Of a stretch of 64,000 nucleotides of DNA, positions 26,425 through 37,007 are shown piece by piece. The notes under the pieces are model-generated. The model was not told where the DNA came from, made no database searches, and saw only the letters and a list, made by a program, of their open reading frames with translations. The position numbers were made by a program, and so were the translations under genes. How positions within the stretch are numbered: position 1 is the stretch's first letter; every line of letters begins with the position of its first letter. Source of the stretch: Pristiophorus japonicus (taxonomy: Eukaryota); assembly GCF_044704955.1 (NCBI RefSeq), contig NC_091989.1, forward strand, positions 98,270,001-98,334,000, read 5' to 3'.

Positions 26425-27455
26425 CCAAGGGTCTAGTGAGAATGAGGAACTGAAAGAATTTAGTATTAGTAAAAAAAAGTACTGGAGAAATTAATGTGAC
26501 TGTAATGTAATATATTCAAGTTTGGTGAAAATACAAAGCTAGGTCGGAATATAAGTTGTGAGGAGGATGCAAATGGCTCCAATGGAATATAGGCAGAGTA
26601 AAAGAATGTGTAAGGACGTGGTAAATGGAATATAATGTGGAGAAATGTGAAGTTATCCACTTTAGTAGGAACAATAGAAAAGCAGAGTATTTTTTAAATG
26701 GTGAGAGATTGGGAAATGTTAGTGTTCAGTGGGACATGGATGTCCTTGTAAACGAATGACTGAAAGTTAACATGCAGGTACAGCAAGTAATTAAGAAATC
26801 AAATGGTATGTATGTTGGCCTTTATTACAAGAGGATTTGAGTATAAGAGTAAAGATGTCTTACTGCAATTGTATAGGACCCTGGTGAGACTGCACCTGGA
26901 GTATTGTGTACAGTTTTGGTCTCCTTACCTAAGGAAGGATATACTTGTCATAGAGGGAGCGCAACAAAGGTTCACCAGACTGATTCTTGGGATGGAGGGA
27001 TTGTCCAATAAGGAGAGATTGCGTAGAGTGGGCCTATATTCTCTAGAGTTTAGAAAAATGAGAGGTGACCTCTTTGAAACATACACATTATTACAGGGCT
27101 TGATAGTGTAGATACATGGTGGATGTTTCCCCTGGCTGGGGAGTCTAGAACTAGGGATCACAGTCTCAGAATAAGGGGCCAACCATTTCGGAGTGAGATG
27201 AGGAGAAATTTCTTCACTCAGAGGGTGGCGACTCTTTGGAATGCTCTGTCCCTGAGGACTGTGGATGCTCAGTCGTTGAATATATTCAAGACAGAGATTG
27301 ATAATTTTTTGGATATTAAATGAATCAAGGGATATGAGGATAGTGCAGCAAAGTGCAGTTGAGGTAGAAGATCAGCCATGATCTTATTCAGCGATGAGCA
27401 GGCCTGTGAGGTCGAATGGCCTACTCCTGCTCCTATTTATTTTGTTCTTATGTAA
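26425..27455 (+). mobile_element. CR1 LINE 3' fragment
   Basis: LYRTLVRLHLEYCVQFWSPY, RRNFFTQRV; ends in TGTTCTTATG. Confidence 0.92.
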
Positions 27456-27528
27456 GTTCAACAACCGTGACATAGCTGATTCCAATGCTGCCTAACAGCA
27501 GAACGGTCATCAAATTTCATATCACAAA

Positions 27529-27596
27529 CCAATCCTATGTTTCCACACACAGACACAGGATGTCAGACGTCATTGCAGTGCAATTCGGTTTAAATA
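27529..27596 (+). promoter_or_regulatory. Candidate proximal promoter: CCAAT, ETS-like ACAGGATGT, CRE-like GACGTCA, TATA-like TTTAAATA
   Basis: Motifs at 27529, 27555, 27566 and 27589, i.e. 76-143 bp upstream of ATG 27672. Confidence 0.4.
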
Positions 27597-27671
27597 ATCA
27601 GCAAACACTTCTTATAGTGGCAAACACATAGTCAATCATCAGTTCATCATCGGTGGAAGCTTTTCCCCGGA

Positions 27672-27732
27672 ATGTGGTCGACAGTGATGTTTCTGTTCCT
27701 GTTCCTGTCTCTCCCGGGGATCATTTACACAG
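27672..27732 (+). CDS. VJ-C1 receptor exon 1: signal peptide MWSTVMFLFLFLSLPGIIYT
   Basis: ATG, hydrophobic leader, phase-1 donor AG|gtacct. Confidence 0.88.
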
Positions 27733-27913
27733 GTACCTGTTTATTCTCCATTCCAACAGTCTCAATAAAAAAAATATGAATTAGTTACCACACCAGTTGA
27801 ATGAAATTTAGTTTGTCCATCTGTAATCTTTATCTTTTTCATTTCCATGTATAAATAGTGCCTGGTTCCGCATGGAATACAATTGACCAAACTTTGAATA
27901 TGTTTTCTAACAG

Positions 27914-28234
27914 CTGCTGGGCGTAGTTCGATCAGCGTGTCTCAAACTCCCGAACAAGTAATTAAATTAAGGGGGACAAATATCACCTTCTACTGCATAA
28001 TCCCTCTTTCTCATGACAATTCGGGGGTAGATGTGCGTTGGTGGAAACAGGGTGAGAATGAATATCTACAAACAGGAGCCGATAACAGAAAACGAGTTGG
28101 TGTCAAAAATAAAGGAGGCGGTTTCTTTGAGTTGCTGAACCTGACTATCCAGGACACTGGAATCTATCATTGCGCAGTGATCCGTCAGGGAACAATTATT
28201 GGAAATGGAACAGGATCACATCTAACTGTGATCG
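27914..28234 (+). CDS. VJ-C1 receptor exon 2: germline-joined V-set domain with J-like strand (NKp30/antigen-receptor-like)
   Basis: Acceptor ttttctaacag, donor G|gtaagt (phase 1/1); VSQTP, FYC, WW, DTGIYHC, GNGTGSHLTV. Confidence 0.95.
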
Positions 28235-28859
28235 GTAAGTGACCGGAGTGAGCGGGAAGGTCCACATGTACCAAATGTAACAAGGATGATATTTTGTCAT
28301 TGTTTGATTGTATCGTCTTTGATATTATAGAAAGTATATTTGTACATTTAGAGTGAATCTCTGCACACAATTGCTAATTATACCGCAAAGTATGACATAT
28401 CATTTGCTGAGTTGTGTACGTTGCCATCAATATTAACCATATTAAGTCATATGTTAAAAAGGCAAAATATTTTGGATGCTGGAAATCACAAATATAAACA
28501 GAAAATGCTGGAAATAGTTAGCACGTCAGTAGCATGTGTGGAGAGAGAAACCGAGTTAATGTTTCTGGTATCTCACCGATCAAAAGTAACATGTTACTGG
28601 AATCATCTCGAAATACAATTTTTACATCGGATTCCTAATAATGGACAAATGATGCGCACAAAATTAAAATACATTTATGACTTTCTGAAAATCTTTTCTA
28701 TTGATGCGCCGCTCCCGCCAAGAACACGGCACTATTGGGGAAACAGACAGGCCTAGAGTTAGTAACACCCAGGGAAATACTAAGGATACCATTCTTCTCC
28801 CATATCTTGTGTTTAGTATCCTCACAGTAACCTGATTTTCCCCATTCTCTCTTCCACAG

Positions 28860-29165
28860 CTGCCCCAACTCCATTGAAGATTGTCTCCAAGACATCCGAG
28901 ACAACTGTGTCTCTGACACTTGTGTGTGAAACGGCGGAGTTTTACCCGGGAGTTTTTACCCTCGTTTGGTATAGAAATGGCGTCGAAACCACAACTGGGA
29001 TAAATTCCACTACACGGCAGAACACTGAGGGGTTGTATAGGGTTTCCATTACTTTGGAAGAGAGGCAGCCTGTGCCGAACGGGGCTGTTTACATCTGTTT
29101 GGTGACTCATGCCTCCATCGGGAATCCCGCCATTGCCATCCACACTGTTATTAATTCTGACCCAG
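28860..29165 (+). CDS. VJ-C1 receptor exon 3: C1-set Ig domain
   Basis: Acceptor ctctcttccacag, donor G|gtacga (phase 1/1); LVC..FYP..LVWYRNG..YRVSITL..YICLVTH. Confidence 0.95.
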
Positions 29166-31344
29166 GTACGAGGTTAACGGGCGAAGAATTGCGGTCAGCT
29201 ACTGTTAAATTCTGAAAGGGTATTTCATAGAGTTTATACATATTGATAATCATAAATATAGTTTAAAAAGAAACTCCCGGGCAACATCAAAGCAAGGAGA
29301 AAATTAATGCTTCAATGTAAAATATTATTGACCCGGATCCGTTGTTAACCCGAAGAATTAAAATCGCCCTTTACCCAGTATCTGTCTGTTAAACCTCAGC
29401 AGTTTCCAATGTTAAAAGAAGTATGAACAGGCGGTTTATCTCTTCTATCCAATTATTTCCATTTCTTGCTTATTGCTCAACATTCAAACTTATCCCCTTG
29501 TTGAACTGAATTCATTGTTTCGCATTATCTGATTCCTAACATGAGGTGCAGGGCTAGAAGCGGCAGTTTGTTTGTCTAGTCTCCAGCCACTCCCAGTGCG
29601 GTTCCTGAATCATGCCTTTGATGGGCGATTCACTGTGAGGGTCTTTACACCGTCAATGACTCCCAACCATCAGCTCATGTCCTGTGTTCCCAGCTCTCAC
29701 CTTTCAGTTACGCAACGGCCTTCGGCCCCACGGTGCTGGATCAGTCCGGCCACCAAGGACACAGACTAAAATTTAATTATATTCCTAAATCTCAGCACGC
29801 CCACACGCGACAACATGATTAATAGTGGGTCGATCCTTCTTCCATTCTGTTGAAGCGTACATTCTCCTGCAATTTCCATGAACGAAATTGATTCCATCGT
29901 GTGGTCCTGGCCGCAGCTCTGCCTACACGCCTACCAGCCAACCAGTTTCCCCATCCCACATCCTCTCTCAATTCACCATCTGGCATCACCTCTCCAAAGC
30001 CTCTATCACCGAGTATATGTTGCCTTCCATCTTCCCACATACCTAAGATCGTAAACAAAGGCAAGAAATAAATATTAAATATATTAAAAATGGAACTGCT
30101 GTGAGAGCCGCTACACAACAATTGGAAGTATCTTAGGAGGGAAATAATGGAGATTTCATTCATTGGGAGTGAAACAGACAAAATGCAAAAAGTGCTGCAA
30201 AGACTTTTACAGACACCACAATGAATAAATTGTGTGACAATCATACAAATAGAAAGATTAAGAAAGAAGAAGGTGTAAGACGAAGATAGAGAGGGCAGCA
30301 CAAAAGGAATTTGCAAGTGGGAAAGAAGCAAAGATGCAATTGCAAGAAGCAATACCACAGGTGTTGGTGGTATTATAACCTCCAGAGTCAGCTTCTTGTT
30401 ATAGAATGTACTGTGCACAGCACCGCTGGAAATCCAAATATAAACTTATTTCCCATGGCTTGCTCCTGGTGAGTATGAGATTGTCCTGCTGGGTGGGAAG
30501 GAGAGTGGGTTTCAGGGCTGGGTAAGTCGGAGCCGTGGACTCCTGAACCGAATGAATTTGGAAATCATTTCACAAGAAACTGAAATCAAGGAAGTGTTTT
30601 TAAATGTTTGCTGGAATACTCGGGAAACTCATGGGAATATAAACGAACACATAAAATCCATGTTTCAATGTATAATAGAGCCGATGTGTTGTAAAATCGG
30701 TTATATCGTCCGCCATACAAACATTCTCAGTAAAATATTAGTCTTCAAATTCCTGTATTTGATAACATGAGGCTTATCTTTGTTATCCGAGTACATTTCA
30801 TATTTCGCTCATTGTTAATCTTTTTTGTTTCCATGTTAATGTTTTATTTATTACCGTTCCTGGTTTTCCTTCATCTGGACGATTACCAGGAGCTGCGGTC
30901 AAGGTGTCTCGGGTTTCTCCCAGTGCCGTTCCCGATCCTGATCCGTGTTTTGGCGATTCCGTGTGAAGAGTTCTGAAATTAACCCTTTAGCCAACGTTAC
31001 CCTCATCCCTCCATGACACAGCGGGTTGAAGTGGGATCTGTCTCGTACAGTCCATTTAAACTGTGCTCGCTGTCAGACTGCTGTTCAGATGGTTATATCA
31101 TTTTATTAATAACAGTTTACCTCACCAGATAATAATTAATAAACCACCGCACGTTGATCTCCTTTACATTTCGCGAAATTGCTACTTCGCTAAACAACAG
31201 ATAGGTGAACTGCGGGTTTAACCGATTCCTGCAATCCGGCATTCTGTACAGGGGACGGCGAAAGAATTGTTACCCAATTGCCCGCAATTACATCAGACAA
31301 TAAGTAAAGAACACAAGGGTAGTGAAGGGTAAGAGCAAACCATT

Positions 31345-31503
31345 TATAGAAATAAGAAACATAGAAAATAGGTGCAGGAGTAGGCCATTCGGCCCTCCGA
31401 GCCTGCACCGCCATTCAATGAGTTCATGGCTGAACATGCAACTTCAGTACCCCATTCCTGCTTTCACGCCATAACCCTTGATCCCCCTAGTAGTAAGGAC
31501 TAC
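31345..31503 (-). mobile_element. Young CR1 3' stub in intron 3
   Basis: Near-identical to 39505-39660. Confidence 0.9.
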
Positions 31504-31793
31504 TATAGAAACATTTGGCCCAGGGAATCATTTATCTCATATACTACCTCTCCCACACTATTCCCTCTTCGCAGTTTATGCCATAATTGTCTCATCCATT
31601 GGATGCATAAGATCTTCCCAATATTATATCTAAAAAAGAATAAGTTTTTAATTAAAACATCCTCATTACCTTTCTATACTCCCGAGTTACTAAATGCGTC
31701 AACAGTTCAACCAATGAACTCTGTGAGGCCTCTTTATAGGAAACACCCGCCACAACGTACAACTTAATATATTTGCTCCTATTATTCTTGCAG

Positions 31794-31907
31794 ATTGTGT
31801 CGGTATCGTCCCTTACTACTCGGGTTTTAGATATGCGGTGGGTGGATTAGCGTTCCTGCTGATCCTGATCATCATTGGGATGCACTGTCAATTGCATGTT
31901 AATAAAG
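31794..31907 (+). CDS. VJ-C1 receptor exon 4: stalk and transmembrane DCVGIVPYYSGFRYAVGGLAFLLILIIIGMHCQLHVNK
   Basis: Acceptor ttattcttgcag, donor G|gtatga, phase 1/1, hydrophobic helix in frame with C1. Confidence 0.88.
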
Positions 31908-31997
31908 GTATGATCTATTGTAAGACATTTGATTTTCATAAAAAATTCCAGAGAGCTGTGGGGACTTAAAGTTGAAGGCAGTATTAACTGTTTTCAG

Positions 31998-32131
31998 GGA
32001 GCGCTAATTGTTCCAAACAGCAACAGATTCAGGATTTTAAAAAAGCATTACTCGCAGGATTTAAATTAAAAGGTCTGATCATCCGGATATTTAGAACAGA
32101 AATTTCCACGTCGCAGCAAGGTGAACGGAAG
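31998..32131 (+). CDS. Candidate cytoplasmic exon 5 (phase 1 to 0; alternative in-frame acceptor at 32100)
   Basis: Acceptor ctgttttcag; open frame to AAG|gtatct; supplies the phase change needed to reach the later exons. Confidence 0.35.
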
Positions 32132-32340
32132 GTATCTTCAATAGGTGTGAGACTCCAAGCCGGAATGTTTGTATACCATTTCTGGTCGCTGCCGTGGGAT
32201 TTCAAACACTGACAGCACAATCTGAAATGAAAATCATGACCGGTTTTATATCACCTCTAGAAATGTCTTTGAAATCATTGATATCGAAACGTGGTACATA
32301 TTTCAATCATTCATTTTGATTTAATTTCATTACTTCATAG

Positions 32341-32382
32341 GGAAAAAATGCTGTAAAGGGACCGAACCGGCGTGAGGAGCTG
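32341..32382 (+). CDS. Candidate cytoplasmic mini-exon 6 (GKNAVKGPNRREEL in phase 0; GKKCCKGTEPA* if joined directly to the TM exon)
   Basis: Acceptor ttcattacttcatag, donor CTG|gtacgt. Confidence 0.5.
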
Positions 32383-32456
32383 GTACGTTAATTCATTCAT
32401 CCTCGCAAGGGATTTAATTTTGAAGAAAGATTGATACCTTATCGACAGTTTGTCAT

Positions 32457-33070
32457 TGTTGTAGGCATTAGGCACCTGCTGAATATATAAAACACTAGAC
32501 ATTAGGCACCTGCTGAATATATCTAAACTCATATAAGTTTAAAGCTGCCACATATAAAATGGCTGCCCAAGCATGATGGGAACCCCGTTAGTCAAGTAAT
32601 GAACTGGGGCTGACCGAGCAATGACCGAGCGATGACCCTGTGAGGTCCACTACCAGGAATGCCTTGGATACAAGATAATTATAATGAACCAGTGATTTCA
32701 CACAGCCGAAGTCCAAGGAAGAGAGATAAGGGGAGAACCTGCCTCACATAACGAGGTCATTAATCAGCCCGAGCTGACAAAAATTGAACATACAGCCCCT
32801 GAGGTACCAGGGGAATTCTATTGGGTTAAAGAAACCTATATGGAATCTATAATCGTTATGATTGGATTGTGTCCAGCCGAAGTGGGCTGAGTAACTGTAA
32901 AGAACTATTGTAAAACATATAAATATCGATGAGTTTCCTTGTTCGGAGGAGAGAAGTGCCTGGATCCAGTCCTGAGGCTTCCTCCCTGCTGGCATTAATA
33001 AAGGCCGCATTGGCGTTGGAACCGACTCTGAGTGTTGAGTGATTCTTCTGATAAAACACTAACACTAACA
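32457..33070 (+). mobile_element. Solo LTR (614 bp) in the receptor intron
   Basis: TG...CA ends; TSD GTCAT (32452-32456, 33071-33075); TATAAA 32918; AATAAA 32997; empty site in the paralog at ~53-58. Confidence 0.88.
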
Positions 33071-33993
33071 GTCATAATCACGTCAGAAAAGTTTGTCTAT
33101 TTCTTGGAAGTATTTGCCCTGGTTAATCGGCCATTCAAATCGTATTCAGATAAATATCTGTCGTCAGCGGGCAAGGATTTAATCCTCGGCGCGATATTGG
33201 TTTTCGGTAAAAAAAAATGCGAGTGCGGTGTAAAACCGTTGTCTAATCGTTATCGCCGGTTTCGCCCTACCGCCGAAGATCAATTTCAGCCGTACCCCCG
33301 GTGCGTTGCTGGTTTAATTAACTAGCAGACAAGACAACTGTCAGCTTCGTTTAAAACGTACCCAAGTAATAACTGTTTCTAAATTCAATATTATTTATAC
33401 TTGGGGAAATCCTTTAATAAATCCGTGCTCTGGAACTATCGCTCATTTAAACATTTCTGTAGCATTGTATTGGAAAACGAATATTGGCAGCTTTAATTAT
33501 TAGTAATAACGACCACAGTCCACATGGGTCTCAACATTCGCACTTGTATAACTACATTAATTCTGCTTTCTGCCCCGTGTATCTAGCCTATGTTGTTCTG
33601 ATCACTGTTTCACCAGTAGTTTGTAAACTGGTGAAGGCAAATGAACTAGCCACATAACAAAATACATCATTGTTTCTGGCCCATGCGGGAAGAAAATGCT
33701 CCGATTGTTGATGAGCTGCAGTAGCTATGAGCAGATCTAAGTAAACTACAAGATGTAAATTTGAAGAGGAAAGGACTGTGTAGCATCAGGCGAGGCGGGG
33801 TAGCGGATCAGAAAGACACAAATCACCAGTGCACAACCTACATCTATGCGATAACTGAGACTACAAGGTTGGTTGACTCGGGTTTTATAATGTACCTCAA
33901 GCTGTCTGAGTGTTATTCTGATGATTGTTTTCGGCAAGTTCAAAAATTTGGCAAAACGACCTATTTACAATATTTCCAAACAAAGGTTTACAG

Positions 33994-34149
33994 ACAAAAC
34001 AAGGAATCTGCGCGGCTCTCGATTTGTCAGGCTCAAAAACTCGGGGAAATCCAAACATAACCAAACACAGAGTGACATATTTTAATATATCCTTGAATAT
34101 GGGTGTAATAGTTTGTTATTGCTTAAATAGCCGAGGAGTTTTGATTTAA
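33994..34149 (+). CDS. Terminal cytoplasmic exon (possibly decaying): TKQGICAALDLSGSK...VTYFNI...*
   Basis: Acceptor ggtttacag| homologous to that of exon 664-837; AATAAA at 34251. Confidence 0.55.
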   Translation, partial: TKQGICAALDLSGSKTRGNPNITKHRVTYFNISLNMGVIVCYCLNSRGVLI

Positions 34150-35039
34150 TTACTTGTAAGAAAATGAATTTGCCTTGTACATTTTTAATTAATCTCTGCA
34201 ATGATACGAGAATTGTTTTGCTGCATCTAGCTATCATCATACATAAATTTAATAAAAATAGATGTTATACGATCTCTCTTATCAATCCACCATTCCTAAT
34301 TTGTTTAAGTTAACGGGTAAAACTGAAATGCCTGAGTTTTGATTTCTGTGTTGGGTTACTGTATCCTGATTTCCTGTGCAGGCTATTCTCCTGGTTTGGA
34401 AGACAGGGCGCTCCAGTGTAGGAACTCCTCCATAAACCCTCTGAACACAGCTTGCCAAGGAAGGTGTATAAGATGCCTTTCCCTAAATTCTGCATGACTG
34501 TCCTTTCCTACTCGAAGCGATGCACCCAAACAATGCCAATTCGCTACCAAAGCAAATACCTCGATTATTCTCATTGGGCTGTGTCTTCAGGATGTAGCAC
34601 TTACATTGTGAGAAAAGCCCAACAGTGTTTAATGCATTTTAATTGGAGAAAAGACCAAACTAAAAGTGATACAGGCCTTTAAAATGTTAAATGTCGTGGA
34701 TAATATAGATATAAGCAGGTTGTATGGTTTTACACGCAACTAGCGAATTAACGAGCCCTATGAGAAAGAATTGAACTACAACCATTTATCTATTGTAGTC
34801 TGGCTGCCTCGTCAGTGAAAGGCAACTCGTAGTTGTCACGACTAAACTGTGAGTATTGATGAATTAGATCGATTGAATTATCGGTTTAGAACATTGTGTG
34901 ATTGTTACTGAAAGAAAGTCAGCCAACAGTTCCAGTGACCAAAGGTTTAGCTCCGCATGTAAGGACAATACAAGGCGAAGTGAATCCGTTGCGTCTTGTT
35001 CTGCCTACCTGTTCTGGCATGATGACTGTATGCATTAAC

Positions 35040-36135
35040 AAGCTTTTTACGGCACAGAAATAAAGTCTGTACTTTTTTCTCTCCACATGAACCACTCCCT
35101 TTTACCATTAGATTGACACAATTGTTAATATTCCTCTTTTTGAAGCAACTAATTCAATTCTAAAAGAATTCTTGGCAGTGATTCTTGGTGAAAGAGAACT
35201 TCTCATATTCTAACCAGTCTCTGCATAAAGAATATTTTAGCTCTCCCTTTATGTTTACGATTTTGTTAAAGTTGTGTTCACTCGCTACCGTCTACTTGAA
35301 AGTGAAAATAACTATCAATATTTTCTTGTCATAACGCATTATAGTTTTGAAAACGTCTATCAAGTCACTTAGCAATTTTTTGAGCTCCAGTTAAGGAAGG
35401 TCACGCTTCTCAAATAATAACCCTCTATTCTTGGTCAATTAGGCGGCGCCTTTTAATTTATTTTTGTATTCTTCCATAGTTCTACACAAGCTCTCCCATC
35501 AATTGAACATTATCTCCTTGCTTCTGTATTCGATGTCACCAAAATCTAAACTTTGCATTTTTATTTCGCAATGAACTACTGTTTCAATAATTCATTCAGG
35601 TCCCTCTTCTCCTCTGCAGCATTTAAAATTCTACCATTCAAGGCGCATTTCTTGATTCTAAATGTACCTGCAAAAATAACTAGTTCACATTACGCTGCAT
35701 TCTACATTAAATATCTATCCGCCCTTCAAACTGACTATTGATGTCATCTGCAGCATTTCCCGATGTGGATCATAATTTATTTCCTGACTCCCCATAAAGT
35801 ATAATTAGCACGTTTTAATGTTGCACCCTCAATTCCCCACTCAAGGTCATTGATATGTATAATATATAGAAGTAGCCCAACGCAGTATCCGTGGAACACC
35901 ACTCGCCACATCTTACCACGAGAAACGTCCCTTTGCCCTTAAACTTTGTTTCCTATCTTCCAACCATCTCTCTAACCATGTGGCCCCTTGCCCTTACATC
36001 CGCATGGCGTTATATTATGTGGTGCCGTCTCAAAGACGTTTTGAAAATCTATATAAACTTCATCTATTGCATTTCCTTCATCTCCTCTGGTATTTCTTCA
36101 ATAAAGCCTGTAAGTCAAGCGTGATCTACCTTTTA
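35040..36135 (-). mobile_element. Highly decayed CR1-like fragment
   Basis: Residual similarity to CR1 RT/3' sequence (e.g. GTGGAACACCAC, GTCAAGCGTGATCTACCTTT); no ORF. Confidence 0.45.
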
Positions 36136-36786
36136 GAAATTGGTGCTGACTGGGCTTGATTAGCTCCGGTTTCTGCAAGAGTTTTATGCCGAATGACACG
36201 GGGCTTGCGAGATCTAAGTAAATGTGCAAATGTTTCTTTGCTCTTACGTTGCAATCTATGTCACATTCTTTTTGCTCATCTAATAAAAATGCGTAGGCTT
36301 CGAGCTCGAGATTAAGTCAACTTGGAGTAAATTATTTTGACAATTCGGTAAACAAAAGTAACTCATTCACGTACAGCAGTAAAACATGAATATTTGGGCG
36401 TTCTATTAGTCCTGGGTTCTGATAAAATGTAAGGTATCAACGGAGGCGTTGACCAGTCTGTTTTTAGCTGCACGAGATATTTTGCTAAATATCGACATGA
36501 GCGTATCGCTTTCTCAAGCTAAGTATGCAACATGGCTCAGCCCCTCAGCTCGAAACACCGAATGTTCAAAATTGAAATTTAGCTCTGTTAATTGCAGCAT
36601 CACGAAAAGCTATCGAGTGTCGAATAATGATAGTTATTAAGCACCAATATTTCAATGTAATGGTAACAACATATAATATTCGCATTTAACAGATTTGACT
36701 ACATATTTTCCTTTGAAATATCTCTTAACCTTATCAAATGTTATGCAATGAATCAGTCTGCAACATCTAACTATCCGCTTGAGAGT

Positions 36787-37007
36787 CAGATGTGGCTCAG
36801 TGGGTCTCGGAGTCAGAAGGTTGTAGGTTCAAGTCCCACTCCAGGGACTTGAGTTCAACAATCAAATGCTGCACTTTCGGAGGTGCCATCTGTCGAGTGA
36901 GACACTAAACCGAGGCACCGTCTGCTCTCTCAGGTGGGTGTGAAAAATCCCCTCACACTATTTGGAAGATGAGCAGGGGAGTTATCCTCGGTGTCCAGGC
37001 CAATATT
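36787..37007 (+). mobile_element. tRNA-headed Deu-domain SINE (SacSINE1-like), 5' half
   Basis: Pol III A box TGGCTCAGTGG (36793) and B box GGTTCAAGTCC (36826); breaks at CCAATATT. Confidence 0.8.

Noticed and set aside
27914-28860. Rearranging TCR/Ig V segment with RSS
   Set aside because: V and the J-like strand are in one exon ending at a splice donor; no CACAGTG heptamer with nonamer seen (CACAGTA at ~28823 lacks a nonamer)
29819-30418. 199-aa minus-strand hydrophobic ORF in intron 3
   Set aside because: Non-ATG start, low-complexity antisense of AG-rich sequence, no recognisable domain
33587-33657. Alternative phase-1 terminal exon (AYVVLITVSPVVCKLVKANELAT*)
   Set aside because: Plausible AG sites, but no counterpart seen in the paralogous block, whereas the 33994 exon has one; cannot be fully excluded
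36790-36845. tRNA gene
   Set aside because: The A/B boxes belong to the SINE head; no complete cloverleaf
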